Shown here: piece after piece, positions 8,275 to 18,025 of the stretch
Numbering within the stretch: position 1 is the first letter of the stretch
Layout of the letters: each line of letters starts with the position of its first letter
NCBI GenBank assembly: GCA_037917675.1
Contig: JAVCBW010000057.1
Span: forward strand, 1 to 54,035
Source: Thermoproteota archaeon
Lineage (GTDB): Archaea; Korarchaeota; Korarchaeia; B14-G2
Direction of reading: 5' to 3'
DNA: 54,035 nt
Translations under genes and position numbers: made by a program
The notes under the pieces: generated by a model
What the model saw: only the letters and a program-made list of their open reading frames with translations
The model's database searches: none
Told to the model about the DNA's origin: nothing

Positions 8275-9828
8275 ATGGGGCTTATCTTGACCCATACAGT
8301 AGAGGATGTCATAGCTGTAGCTAGGTGGAAGAGGAGAGTCGAGGTAAGAGATGAAGACATGGATAGGGTAAGAGAGGATAGAAGAAGGCTTGAGGAGCTG
8401 GTGTCGAGAGGGTACTTGATATATGGTGTGACAACCTCATTCGGCCCACTCTGCAACAGGGTTGTCCCAGAGGAGAAGGCTGAGGAAGTCCAGTGGAAGC
8501 TTGTCGTAAGCCATGCATCTAATGCAGGAGATCTTCTGCCTGAGGAAGCTGTGAGAGCAGGTATGTACTGTAGGCTTCTAGTGCTCCTCAAGGGGAGCAG
8601 TGGAGTCAGGCCAGAGGTCGTCCAGCTCCTAGCTGAGATGCTCAACCGAGAAGTCACGCCAGCAGTCCCAGAGCTAGGGTCAGTTGGAGCAAGTGGAGAC
8701 CTAGGGCACCTAGCTCACATAGCTGCAGCCATGGTAGGCGAGGGTGAAGCCTTCTACAAGGGAGAGCTCCTCCCAGCTACGGAGGCACTGAGGAAGGCTG
8801 GGCTCAAGCCAGTCAAGCTCAGCTACAAGGAGGGGCTTGCGCTGATAAACGGCACATCATTCAGCTGTGGGCTAGCCTCCCTAGCAGTCTACGACGTGAG
8901 ATGCGTGTTTGCAGCTGCCATGGCTGCAGCAGCCTTAAGCTGTGAGGCCCTGACTGCTGTGGCTGACGCATTCAGCAGAGAGCTGAACAGCTTGAAGCAG
9001 CACCCTGGGCAGCATAGGGTAGCTGAGCTCCTCAGCAGGGTGCTTGAGGGCAGCAGAAGCGTGAGGAGCAGAGAGAGCATAATGGAGAAGGCTGCCCTGC
9101 ACAGGATCTCAGCCCTACACTACCCTGAGGAGGTCCAGGACGCCTATAGTGTGAGGTGCATCCCCCAGGTAGCAGGGGCAGCACTCGATGCCATAGACTT
9201 CGCAGCAGAGCTAGTCGAGAGAGAGCTGAACTCAGTGAGCGACAACCCTGTCATCGTAGGCAGTAGAGTATACCATGGAGGAAACTTCCATGGCCAGCAC
9301 ATCTCGCTTGCAATGGACATCCTAGCCATAGCTATAGCACAGGTAGCTCTGCTCTCAGAGAGGAGGACAGCTAGGCTCCTAGATGAGAAGCTCAACCTAG
9401 GGCTCCCAGCCTTCCTCTCAGGAGGAGAAGTAGGCGTAGACAGCGGCTTCATGGGCCTCCAGTATGCTGCCACAGCTGCTGCAGCAGAGCTGAGAGCTAT
9501 GGCTACACCAATGTCTATCCAGTCGATAACCACAAACGCCTGCAACCAAGACTATGTAAGCCTCAGCACCCAGTCAGCTCTCAGAGCCTGGAGGATGGCT
9601 AGTGAAGCCAGTGTGCCCATAGCAGTCGAGCTGATAGCTGCAGCACAGGCATGTGAGCTCAGAGGAGTAGAGAAGCTCTCCCCCTGGACTAGGAGGGTAT
9701 ATGAGGCTGTCAGGAGGAGGGTGAAGCCTCTGAGAGAAGACAGGTCGATGAGCAGAGAGCTAAGGGTGCTAGCTGAAGCAGTCAAGAGAGGTGAGCTAGC
9801 TAAGGAAGTAGGGCTATGGCTCTGGTAG
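8275..9828 (+). CDS. hutH: Histidine ammonia-lyase (aromatic amino acid lyase family)
   Basis: IYGVTT, MIO motif GASGDL, KEGLALINGT, QDAYSVRC, GGNFHG; the 'SH' specificity pair (LVVSHA) is HAL-type. Confidence 0.85.
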   Translation: MGLILTHTVEDVIAVARWKRRVEVRDEDMDRVREDRRRLEELVSRGYLIYGVTTSFGPLCNRVVPEEKAEEVQWKLVVSHASNAGDLLPEEAVRAGMYCRLLVLLKGSSGVRPEVVQLLAEMLNREVTPAVPELGSVGASGDLGHLAHIAAAMVGEGEAFYKGELLPATEALRKAGLKPVKLSYKEGLALINGTSFSCGLASLAVYDVRCVFAAAMAAAALSCEALTAVADAFSRELNSLKQHPGQHRVAELLSRVLEGSRSVRSRESIMEKAALHRISALHYPEEVQDAYSVRCIPQVAGAALDAIDFAAELVERELNSVSDNPVIVGSRVYHGGNFHGQHISLAMDILAIAIAQVALLSERRTARLLDEKLNLGLPAFLSGGEVGVDSGFMGLQYAATAAAAELRAMATPMSIQSITTNACNQDYVSLSTQSALRAWRMASEASVPIAVELIAAAQACELRGVEKLSPWTRRVYEAVRRRVKPLREDRSMSRELRVLAEAVKRGELAKEVGLWLW

Positions 9829-9855
9829 CCTTATAACACTGCATGCCCTAGCATC

Positions 9856-10653
9856 ATGGTGCCTGAGGTGAAGCCTATCATAGCCTTGCTCACAGACTTC
9901 GGTGACGACATCTATGTAGCTTGCATGAAGGCTGTGATCCTCAGGATAAACCCTGAGGCCATAGTGCTCGATGTCACACATAGGATACCTGCCTTCGACA
10001 TCAGAGCTGGCGCATATCTAGCTGAGGCCTTCGCACCAGAGCTCCCTGAGAGCTCAGCTCTCATAGCTGTAGTCGACCCAGGTGTTGGAGCTGGCAGGAA
10101 GTGCATAGCAGTCAGGGCAGCAGGAAGGTACCTCATAGGCCCAGATAACGGCGTCCTCACGCCAGCTGCGCTCAGGCTGGGCATAGAGGAGGCTAGAGAG
10201 ATATCTAGCAGCATAGCCATGGCAGGCAGGGTCTCACCTACCTTCCATGGGAGAGACGTGTTCGCTCCAGCTGCAGCATGGCTGACCAAGGGCATGGAGT
10301 TCAGGGAGATAGGCCCTAGGCTCGAGAAGCTCCACCCAGCACCCTACTCATCTAAGGTATCTGAGACAGAAGCTACTGGAGAAGTAGTCTACATAGATGC
10401 ATTCGGGAACCTAGCTACATCGATAAGGGCAGAGGATGTGAAGTGGCTCCAGCCTGGCATGCCTGTTGAAGTCCAGCTAGGGGAGAGGAGCTTCAAGCTG
10501 AGGTTCGTGAGGACGTTCGGAGAGCTTAGGAGAGGGGAGCTTGGGCTCATATCAAACAGCTTCAGGTTCCTTGAAGTCGTCGCTAGAGAGGCTAGCGCAG
10601 CCAGCTTGACAGCATCCTCAACTGGGTTGAGAGTGAAGCTCACCTTAGCCTAG
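9856..10653 (+). CDS. SAM hydroxide adenosyltransferase / chlorinase-fluorinase family (DUF62)
   Basis: LLTDFG, VVDPGVG, GPDNG, TFHGRDVFAP, YIDAFGN. Confidence 0.92.
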   Translation: MVPEVKPIIALLTDFGDDIYVACMKAVILRINPEAIVLDVTHRIPAFDIRAGAYLAEAFAPELPESSALIAVVDPGVGAGRKCIAVRAAGRYLIGPDNGVLTPAALRLGIEEAREISSSIAMAGRVSPTFHGRDVFAPAAAWLTKGMEFREIGPRLEKLHPAPYSSKVSETEATGEVVYIDAFGNLATSIRAEDVKWLQPGMPVEVQLGERSFKLRFVRTFGELRRGELGLISNSFRFLEVVAREASAASLTASSTGLRVKLTLA

Positions 10654-12339
10654 CCTATACTTAGACTTCCTCTTCTTAACCCTCTTCCCAGCCCTACGTG
10701 ATGCCAGTACAGCCACAGCTATAGCTGCAGCTATAGCTGCAGCCAGCGTAGCTAGCATGGCTATAGGCTTCCCTCCACTAGGCTCTGGTGTAGGTGTGGG
10801 TGTGAGTGTAGCCTCAGGCTCCTCAGAGCTCACTACAGGTGTAGGCTCAGGCTCAACTCTCACCCTGAGGGCAGCCCTGTTGTTCTCTTCATCCCACTCT
10901 ACAACCTCGTTCCTGTAGTCTACTATGACTTCGAGAGTGTACTCGCCTGGGTTGAGAGGCTTCCAGCTTAGCTTCACAGTCCTCTCGCTATCCACTGGGA
11001 GGAAGGCTACTGCCTCAGCATCAACCTTCTCGCCTCCAGCCATGAGAGCTACCAGGAAGCTTTTGCTCTCAGCATCACCTGCATTCTCTACTTGAGCAGC
11101 TATCTCGACTACCATCCCAGCTTTAGGCTCCAGGGTGAGGAGCTTCAGCCCACCTGGCTTCACCCTCAGGTCTGGCTTCAGCTCAACCCTCTCCTCCACC
11201 TCAGCTGCGACTGTAACCCTCTTTTCAAGCCTGTTGTTCTCTAGGCTCCACTCTATGAAGCTCCTCCCAGGGTTGACCTCAGCCCTCACAGGATAGACCC
11301 CTGGGCTGCTGAAGCCCACCTTGAAGCTCACTGAGGTAGACGCACCTGGCTCAAGCTCACCTATCGTGAACTCCCCTCCTCCACCAGGATACTCTACTAT
11401 AAGCCTTGTAGCTGGGCTCCTGTAGTCTCCCATGTTAGCTACTATGACAGATGCCTCAGCAGGCTTCCCTGCTATCATGCTAGCTGGCAGCCTTATGTCT
11501 GATATAGCTAGGTCAGGAGCTCTAGCCCTGACGATCTCTGTGAACTCATTGTTCCCCTCATCTAGCTCCCTTATCAGGTCTCTAGGGTCGACCTTGACCT
11601 CAAGCAGATAGCTTCCAGGAGAGCTAGGCTTCCACTGCAGCCTCACCTTACCTATGTCACCTGGCTGGATCCCCGTGACGTTAGCTGACCCAACTAGAGT
11701 CCCATTTACCCAGCACCCTACTTCAGCTGAGCTGACCAGCTCCTCTCCTGTATTAGCTACCTCAACTTCAACTTGAACTGGGATCCCAGCTACCACAGTT
11801 GAAAGCAGGTGTACGCCTCCCTGTGGTATTGAGACGTCTAGAGCTGAGCCAGGCAGCCTATACACCTCCACCTCAGCCTCAGGCCACTGCCTTGGAGCCC
11901 CAGAGTAGCCTGCTGTGCTGTATGCTGCTCTGAAAACCCAGACTCCAGGCTTAACCTCATCTATGACGTCACTCAGCGAGAAAGCTGAGGTAGTATACGT
12001 GAATACCTCTCCAGGAGAGAGCTCTAGCCCTACATACTCCCTTACAGCGAACTTCACCTCACCTCCACTTGGAGGCTTGACTACAAGATAGAAGTTCAGT
12101 ATACCAACAGTCCTACTTCCAGCATTCACCACATCGAATGTCACGAGAAACCTGTCTGCTGTAGTAGGCTTCCTGCTACTACAGTAGACTACCATCCTCT
12201 TTAAGGCAAGCCCATGCATCGAGGTATTCGAAATCGCATGGCTAGAGTAGACTATATGCCAGTACTGTCCCGCTGCTAAAGCTACTGGCGAGAGCAGAGC
12301 TACCAGCAGCAGAAGAAGATGCCTCAACACAACCCCCAC
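10645..12339 (-). CDS. Membrane-anchored cell-surface protein with multiple CARDB (Ig-like) domains
   Basis: Signal peptide; three repeats with V.N.G...VDP...I.E.DE.NN; P/T/E linker; C-terminal TM helix and basic tail. Confidence 0.8.
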   Translation of the reverse strand: MGVVLRHLLLLLVALLSPVALAAGQYWHIVYSSHAISNTSMHGLALKRMVVYCSSRKPTTADRFLVTFDVVNAGSRTVGILNFYLVVKPPSGGEVKFAVREYVGLELSPGEVFTYTTSAFSLSDVIDEVKPGVWVFRAAYSTAGYSGAPRQWPEAEVEVYRLPGSALDVSIPQGGVHLLSTVVAGIPVQVEVEVANTGEELVSSAEVGCWVNGTLVGSANVTGIQPGDIGKVRLQWKPSSPGSYLLEVKVDPRDLIRELDEGNNEFTEIVRARAPDLAISDIRLPASMIAGKPAEASVIVANMGDYRSPATRLIVEYPGGGGEFTIGELEPGASTSVSFKVGFSSPGVYPVRAEVNPGRSFIEWSLENNRLEKRVTVAAEVEERVELKPDLRVKPGGLKLLTLEPKAGMVVEIAAQVENAGDAESKSFLVALMAGGEKVDAEAVAFLPVDSERTVKLSWKPLNPGEYTLEVIVDYRNEVVEWDEENNRAALRVRVEPEPTPVVSSEEPEATLTPTPTPEPSGGKPIAMLATLAAAIAAAIAVAVLASRRAGKRVKKRKSKYRLG

Positions 12340-12405
12340 CTAGCTATGGCATCATGCTTAAAACCTTAATGTAGCCTGTGGCTTAGCTATAGTAGGCGGT
12401 AGCTG

Positions 12406-13761
12406 ATGGACCCAAGCATATTCAGAGCATATGACATAAGAGGAGTCTATGGAGAGACCCTCAGAAGAAGCGACGCCAAGGTGATAGGGCTCAGCTTCGC
12501 AGCCTACCTAGGGAACAGCGGCGTGGTAGCCGTGGGGAGAGATGTTAGAGCTAGCAGCAAGCCTCTCAGAGACAGCCTCATCGAGGGGCTGATCGAGGGA
12601 GGGCTGAAGGTCATTGACATAGGGGTCTGTAGCTCTCCAATGCTCTACTTCGCGGTAGCACACTGGAAGCTAGCTGGAGGAGCCATGGTAACAGCAAGCC
12701 ACAACCCACCTGAATGGAATGGCTTCAAGCTCTGCAGGGAGAGAGGCTACATATGTGGTGAAGGCATGGGGATGGAGGAGATAAGGAGGATAGCTCTCTC
12801 AGGAGAGTATAGCAGGCCAGGTGGAGGAAGCCTAGAGGAGAGGAGCATCTTAGAGGAGTATCTGGAGCACGCAGCCAGCACAGTTGAAGCCAAGAGCCTG
12901 AAGGTAGCCTTAGACCCTGGGAACGGCGTGTGCGGCCCCATAGCCAGAAGAGCACTCGAGGCTATAGGCTGCACTATAGTCGGGATAAACATGGAGCCAG
13001 ATGGCAGGTTCCCAGCTCACGAGCCTGAGCCTAAGCCAGAGAACCTAGGTGAGCTAGCTGAGCTCGTGAAGTCTACTAGAGCAGACTACGGCTGCGGCTT
13101 CGACGGCGACGGAGACAGAGCTGTCTTCATAGACGACCTAGGCAGGGTTCTGAGAGGAGACGTCGCTACAGCAGTCTTCGCCAGATACTACCTTAGAAGG
13201 AACCCTGGTAGCATCATAGTAGTCGACGTAGCCTCCTCGATGGCTGTAACAGAGTACATAGAGAAGCTCGGTGGGAAGGTTGTAGTGAGCAGAGTCGGCC
13301 ACGCCTACATAATGGACAAGATGCTAGAGCTAAACGCGGCTCTAGGTGGAGAGGAGAGCAGCCACCTATACTTCCAGGAGGTCTATGGGTTCGATGATGC
13401 AGTCTATGCCTGCATGAAGATGGCTGAAGTCATCTCCACAGAGGGCATGAAGCTCTCTCAGCTAGTAGATGAGGTCCCAACATACCCAAAGACCCCCATA
13501 CTAGTCTACAGCTGCCCAGATGAAGCCAAGTTCAAGGTGGTTGAGCTGGTAAAGAGGGAGCTAGAGGAGATGGGCTACAGGCTCATCACAGTAGATGGTG
13601 TGAAGGCCATGGGAGATGAAGGCTGGGTTCTCATAAGGCCATCTAACACAGCCCCCCAGATCAAGGCTGTAGCTGAGGCCAAGGATGAAGCAAAGCTCAG
13701 AGAGCTCAAGAGGCTAGCTGACACCCTAGTTGAGAAGTGTAAGCGTAAGCTAGTAGGCTAG
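12406..13761 (+). CDS. Phosphomannomutase/phosphoglucomutase
   Basis: IFRAYDIRG, TASHNP phosphoserine motif, DGDGDR metal loop, GEESSH, RPSNT. Confidence 0.95.
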   Translation: MDPSIFRAYDIRGVYGETLRRSDAKVIGLSFAAYLGNSGVVAVGRDVRASSKPLRDSLIEGLIEGGLKVIDIGVCSSPMLYFAVAHWKLAGGAMVTASHNPPEWNGFKLCRERGYICGEGMGMEEIRRIALSGEYSRPGGGSLEERSILEEYLEHAASTVEAKSLKVALDPGNGVCGPIARRALEAIGCTIVGINMEPDGRFPAHEPEPKPENLGELAELVKSTRADYGCGFDGDGDRAVFIDDLGRVLRGDVATAVFARYYLRRNPGSIIVVDVASSMAVTEYIEKLGGKVVVSRVGHAYIMDKMLELNAALGGEESSHLYFQEVYGFDDAVYACMKMAEVISTEGMKLSQLVDEVPTYPKTPILVYSCPDEAKFKVVELVKRELEEMGYRLITVDGVKAMGDEGWVLIRPSNTAPQIKAVAEAKDEAKLRELKRLADTLVEKCKRKLVG

Positions 13762-13764
13762 AGG

Positions 13765-16317
13765 ATGCTGGACTGCCCATGCTGCGGGAGCCAGCTCACA
13801 TATAGGAGGCCACCTGGAGCATCAGGATACATATTCTACTGCAGGACATGTGGGCTAGCCCACTATACTGAAGGCCTGCTACAGGAAGCCTACCTAAAGC
13901 TCATAGAAGACTATGAGAGAGGAGAGGCTGCGAAAGCCACCATGGAGGAGCTCCTAGTCAAGCACAGGCTTGTGAGAAGCCTGAGCGAGGTCGCTGAGCT
14001 AGTGAGGCAGCAGGGCCTGAGCTTAAGCAGCATCCCAAAGCCCCTTAGGAGGATCCTGGAGACCAGAAGAGACTACGTGGCCCTCTACAAGCTCCTCGAG
14101 GAGACAGAAGGAGAGTATGGCTGCAGCGTAGAGGAGCTCCCGGTACATCAGGCTATAAAGGAGGGGCTGAAAGCCATCGGCATAAGGAGGATGTATAGGT
14201 TCCAGGAGGAGGCCATAAAGCTCATACTCCAAGGAGAAGATGTTGTGATAGCAGCACCAACTGGAAACGGGAAGACAGAGGCCTTCGCAGTCCCAGTCTA
14301 CGAGCTCATCCTCAGAGAGCCAGGGAGGATGCCTCCCTTCTCAGCGTTCCAGAAGAGGACTAGAGCTCTCTTCATATACCCGACCAAGGCCTTAAGCAGA
14401 GACCAGCTTGAGAAGCTCAGGAGGCTAGGAGCTCAAGCAGGGATAACAGCAAGCATATTCGATGGAGACACGCCTCAGGCTGAGAGGAAGAGGATCCTAG
14501 AGGAGCCACCTGACGTGCTCCTCACCAACCTCGACATCCTACACTACCACATGGCTCACAGGACAAGTCTCTCATACCTCCTCAGGGACGTCCAGTATGT
14601 CGTAGTAGACGAGCTACATGAGTACACAGGAGCCTTCGGCTCAAACGCCTACATGATCCTGAGGAGGCTAGAGCGCCTAGCCAAGAGCAGGATACAGTAC
14701 ATAGGGAGCTCAGCTACAGTAGCTAACCCAGGGGAGTTTGCTTCAAAGCTCTTCAACAGGAGGGTGGAGGTCGTTGAGTGCAGGAAGGGCAGGAGAGGCA
14801 GGCTACACATAGTAATCATATACCCAGTGCTGAGAAGGATGTATGGCATGGTCACAGAAATCCTAGCTACACTGACCTCACTAGGATACAAGACACTCGT
14901 GTTCTCAAACAGCCACACTGACGCTGAGGTCATAGGCCAAGCTGCACTCAAGGCTGGAGTCCCATGCATGGTGCACAGAGCAGGCTTAAAGAGGTCTGTG
15001 AGGCTGAGAGCAGAGCAGGCCTTCAAGAGAGGTGAGGTCAAAGCTATATCAGCAACCTCAACCCTAGAGCTTGGGATAGACATAGGAGACCTAGACGCAG
15101 TGATATCAGCTCCAGTAGGGATCACAAGGTTCCTGCAGCGCCTAGGGAGAGCAGGCAGGAAAGGCCAGGAGAGCATAGGAGTCCTAGCCCTCAGAGAAAA
15201 CGACCCTATAAGCAGCTACTACGCTAGGCACCCTGAGAAGTACTTCAGGGACATAGAGCCAATATACCTGGAGCCAAGGAACCCTGTGGTAGCGAGAGTA
15301 CAGCTCATAGCTGCAGCAATGGATAAGCCTCTATCCAAAGAGGAGCTACCTGAGCACAGCCACATAGCAAGGCAGCTCATAGAAGAGAGGCTCCTAGTGG
15401 AGAGGAGGGGAAAGCTCTACCCGACCAGAGAGGGAGCTAAGCTAGTGAGGAGACACAACATAAGAGGGATAGGTGAGACAGTAGACATCTACCTGGAGGA
15501 CGCAGGTAGGATAGGTGAGAGGGAGATGCCTATGGCTATGAGGGAGCTCTTCCCAGGAGCAGTATACCTCCATGGTGGAGAGAAGTATAGGTCAGTGAGC
15601 TTCACATTCCATAAGGGGAGAGGCAAAGCTGTAGTCAAGCCTCTGCCAAGAGAATACCCCTATAGGACAGAAGCCCTCTGGCTAGTGTACCCAGAGGTCC
15701 AGCAGACCCTAGAGGAGAGAGAGGCCTGGGAGACTAGAGTAGAGTACTGCAAGCTCAAGATAACAGAGGTGGTTGAAGAGTACCTGGTCAAGGAGATATA
15801 CACAGGGAGGACGCTTGAGAGAGCTCCACTAGACACTCCAATCTCATACACCTACACCACCCTAGGCCTAGTGTTCACAGCTCCACCCATAGAGAGGTCA
15901 CTGAAGCAGGCAGAGGAGATGACAGAGTACGAGAAGAAGGCTGGAGCATACCATGCTATAGAGCACCTCCTGATAGAGGCAAGCGACATGCTGACTGGAA
16001 GCGGAAGCAGAGAGACAGCAGGGGTATCAATGGCAGACACAGGCGTGATATTCATCTACGACCCGACACCAGGTGGCACAGGCGTCACAGCCCTACTATA
16101 CCAGAGGTTCGAGCAGGCAGTAGAGAGAGCGCTAGCAGTAGTACAGGAATGCGACTGCAGCCAGCTACAAGGCTGCCCAAACTGCACCCACTCATACCAG
16201 TGTGGAAGCAACAACAAGCCACTATATAAGCCTGGGGCAATAGAAGCCCTAGAGAAGATGATAAGAGGACACAAGACGGCACCAGCAGAATACAGGGGCG
16301 TGAAGCCTATAGTATAG
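13765..16317 (+). CDS. DEAD/DEAH-box helicase with C-terminal DUF1998 Zn domain (MrfA/Hrq/SftH-like) and N-terminal Zn ribbon
   Basis: APTGNGKT, YPTKAL, DELH, SAT, LELGIDIG, QRLGRAGR; C-terminal CDC....GCPNC; N-terminal CPCC..CRTC. Confidence 0.9.
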   Translation: MLDCPCCGSQLTYRRPPGASGYIFYCRTCGLAHYTEGLLQEAYLKLIEDYERGEAAKATMEELLVKHRLVRSLSEVAELVRQQGLSLSSIPKPLRRILETRRDYVALYKLLEETEGEYGCSVEELPVHQAIKEGLKAIGIRRMYRFQEEAIKLILQGEDVVIAAPTGNGKTEAFAVPVYELILREPGRMPPFSAFQKRTRALFIYPTKALSRDQLEKLRRLGAQAGITASIFDGDTPQAERKRILEEPPDVLLTNLDILHYHMAHRTSLSYLLRDVQYVVVDELHEYTGAFGSNAYMILRRLERLAKSRIQYIGSSATVANPGEFASKLFNRRVEVVECRKGRRGRLHIVIIYPVLRRMYGMVTEILATLTSLGYKTLVFSNSHTDAEVIGQAALKAGVPCMVHRAGLKRSVRLRAEQAFKRGEVKAISATSTLELGIDIGDLDAVISAPVGITRFLQRLGRAGRKGQESIGVLALRENDPISSYYARHPEKYFRDIEPIYLEPRNPVVARVQLIAAAMDKPLSKEELPEHSHIARQLIEERLLVERRGKLYPTREGAKLVRRHNIRGIGETVDIYLEDAGRIGEREMPMAMRELFPGAVYLHGGEKYRSVSFTFHKGRGKAVVKPLPREYPYRTEALWLVYPEVQQTLEEREAWETRVEYCKLKITEVVEEYLVKEIYTGRTLERAPLDTPISYTYTTLGLVFTAPPIERSLKQAEEMTEYEKKAGAYHAIEHLLIEASDMLTGSGSRETAGVSMADTGVIFIYDPTPGGTGVTALLYQRFEQAVERALAVVQECDCSQLQGCPNCTHSYQCGSNNKPLYKPGAIEALEKMIRGHKTAPAEYRGVKPIV

Positions 16318-16456
16318 CAGCCTACCAGCCTGAGCCTCCAGCATGATAGAGCCTCATACCTGCTGCTAGAGGCCTAGACGGCAGCAGGCATCAAGGCTGC
16401 AGCATACCCTGGTGTCTGCTGCAGCTCAGTAGACTTTTAAGCCAGCTGGAGATGGG

Positions 16457-16861
16457 GTGATGGTGGCTGAGCTGACTGAAGACCTGTGTAGGGGGCTAGC
16501 TCAGATCAGGCTGGCAGCTTACGTCTCAGGTAAGGCAGCTAGGAGAGTATACGAGGAGGTCTATGCAGCACTTGAGAAAGCTGGCCTCCACCCTGAGATC
16601 AGAGCTGAAGGCCACGCCTTCTTCCTCACCCCAACACATGAAGCGCTAGCGCTGCCACACATCAGGCTGACAGCTCAAGTAGCTGCTGTAGCAGTCTGGG
16701 TCAGATCCCCATATGCCCTAACAGAGGAGAGAGCTAGGGCAGCAGGCCTCACCACGCAAGAAGCCTACCAGAAGCTCCTGAATGCAGCTAAGGCAGCAGC
16801 TCAAGCAATGCAGAAAGCTACCAGGAGAGAGCAGCTTCAGATAAGCTTGCCAGCAGACTAA
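16457..16861 (+). CDS. Hypothetical protein
   Basis: Host-like codon usage, TTTTAA promoter-like element and GGGGTG RBS upstream; no family recognised. Confidence 0.65.
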   Translation: MMVAELTEDLCRGLAQIRLAAYVSGKAARRVYEEVYAALEKAGLHPEIRAEGHAFFLTPTHEALALPHIRLTAQVAAVAVWVRSPYALTEERARAAGLTTQEAYQKLLNAAKAAAQAMQKATRREQLQISLPAD

Positions 16862-17051
16862 GCTGACAGCACCAACACAAGCAAAATAAAGCTACCATAG
16901 CAGGAGACCTGACATAGCACCCTCATACACCTGAGATGCACTCAATCAAGGTCAAATGCCCCTACAGCACCTAGACGCCAGGAGAGACTCCACCAGGAGG
17001 CCTGGGGAGTGTTATGTGAAGCTAGCTAGAGGACACATAGCATGAAGCATG

Positions 17052-17576
17052 CTAGCTGCTCTCCATCTCTCTCCAGGCTTCAACTGCCTTCTCGAAGGCA
17101 GCTCTGAACCAGTAGGTGTACTTCTCAGGGTGCTTCCTCACATCCTTGAGGACATCCTCTACCTTAGCCCACTTCCACTCCATGACTTCACTTGGATCAG
17201 GCTTAGGGTCAGCTTCACATACCCCGATCAAAACATGGTCATACTCGTGCTCTACAAGCCCACTGCCGACATCAGCCTTATAGGTGAATGTGAAGGCCTC
17301 TTTCAGCTTGCAGTCGAACCCCATCTCCTCCCTGAGCCTCCTGTGAGCAGCATCCAAGACGTCTTCACCAGGCCTAGGATGACTACAGCAGGCATTGCTC
17401 CAAAGCCCACCAGAATGATACTTCCCCAAGGCCCTCCTCTGGAGGAGGACCTCCCCTCTCGAGTTAAAGATGAAAATGGAGAAAGCACGGTGGAGTCTAC
17501 CCTCCCTGTGAGCTCTAAGCTTCTCCATCACACCAGCATCCCTGCCTTCACTGTCAACCAGCACAACAAGCTCCAC
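17052..17576 (-). CDS. idi: Isopentenyl-diphosphate delta-isomerase, type 1 (Nudix fold)
   Basis: AH..G.LHRAFS, LLQRRA..KY, WSNACCSHP, RRLREEMG, EHEYDH, YTYWF. Confidence 0.93.
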   Translation of the reverse strand: MELVVLVDSEGRDAGVMEKLRAHREGRLHRAFSIFIFNSRGEVLLQRRALGKYHSGGLWSNACCSHPRPGEDVLDAAHRRLREEMGFDCKLKEAFTFTYKADVGSGLVEHEYDHVLIGVCEADPKPDPSEVMEWKWAKVEDVLKDVRKHPEKYTYWFRAAFEKAVEAWREMESS

Positions 17577-17595
17577 ACGACCACCATGACCCAGC

Positions 17596-17841
17596 TCATA
17601 GCCACTTTTTAAAAGCGATGCCAGAACTCCACTCTAAGGGCAAAGGGTCTCCTAAGCAGAGATAGCATAAGCCTATAGCACCAGGGAGCACATCTAGCAT
17701 GCTGTGGTCGGCAGCTACATGCCTGGTGAAAGCAGGTCTAGCTGCTGCCAGCATTACAGCTACCATAGAGGCTATAGCTCCGCCAGAAGCGTAGCTGCGC
17801 CTCAGGTGCCTCTGACGCATCAGCTTGAAGCCTACCATCAC
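17596..17841 (-). pseudogene. Possible degraded PAP2 phosphatase fragment
   Basis: SYASGG and FTR..AADHSMLDVLPGA resemble decayed SFPSGH and SRxxxGxHxxxDVxxG motifs; too short to be intact. Confidence 0.3.
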
Positions 17842-18025
17842 TGTGAAGCTACATGAGCTAGAGCTCAGAGGCTGCTGGCTTCCTCTACTAAGCTGCTGTC
17901 AAGCTCTGCCTCTAGGCCTTGATAAGCTTTTAAGCTTGGGTTTAGCTGGGGCTTAGCTCTAGCATGGTGGCTAATATGGGGTAGTTCAGGGCTATAGCAG
18001 GTTCAGAAGAGTCTTATGGCAGTCG

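Noticed and set aside
17049-17612. 187-aa plus-strand ORF and many similar short antisense ORFs across the window
   Set aside because: These are antisense shadows of well-supported genes, typically Ser/Leu-rich because of host codon bias.
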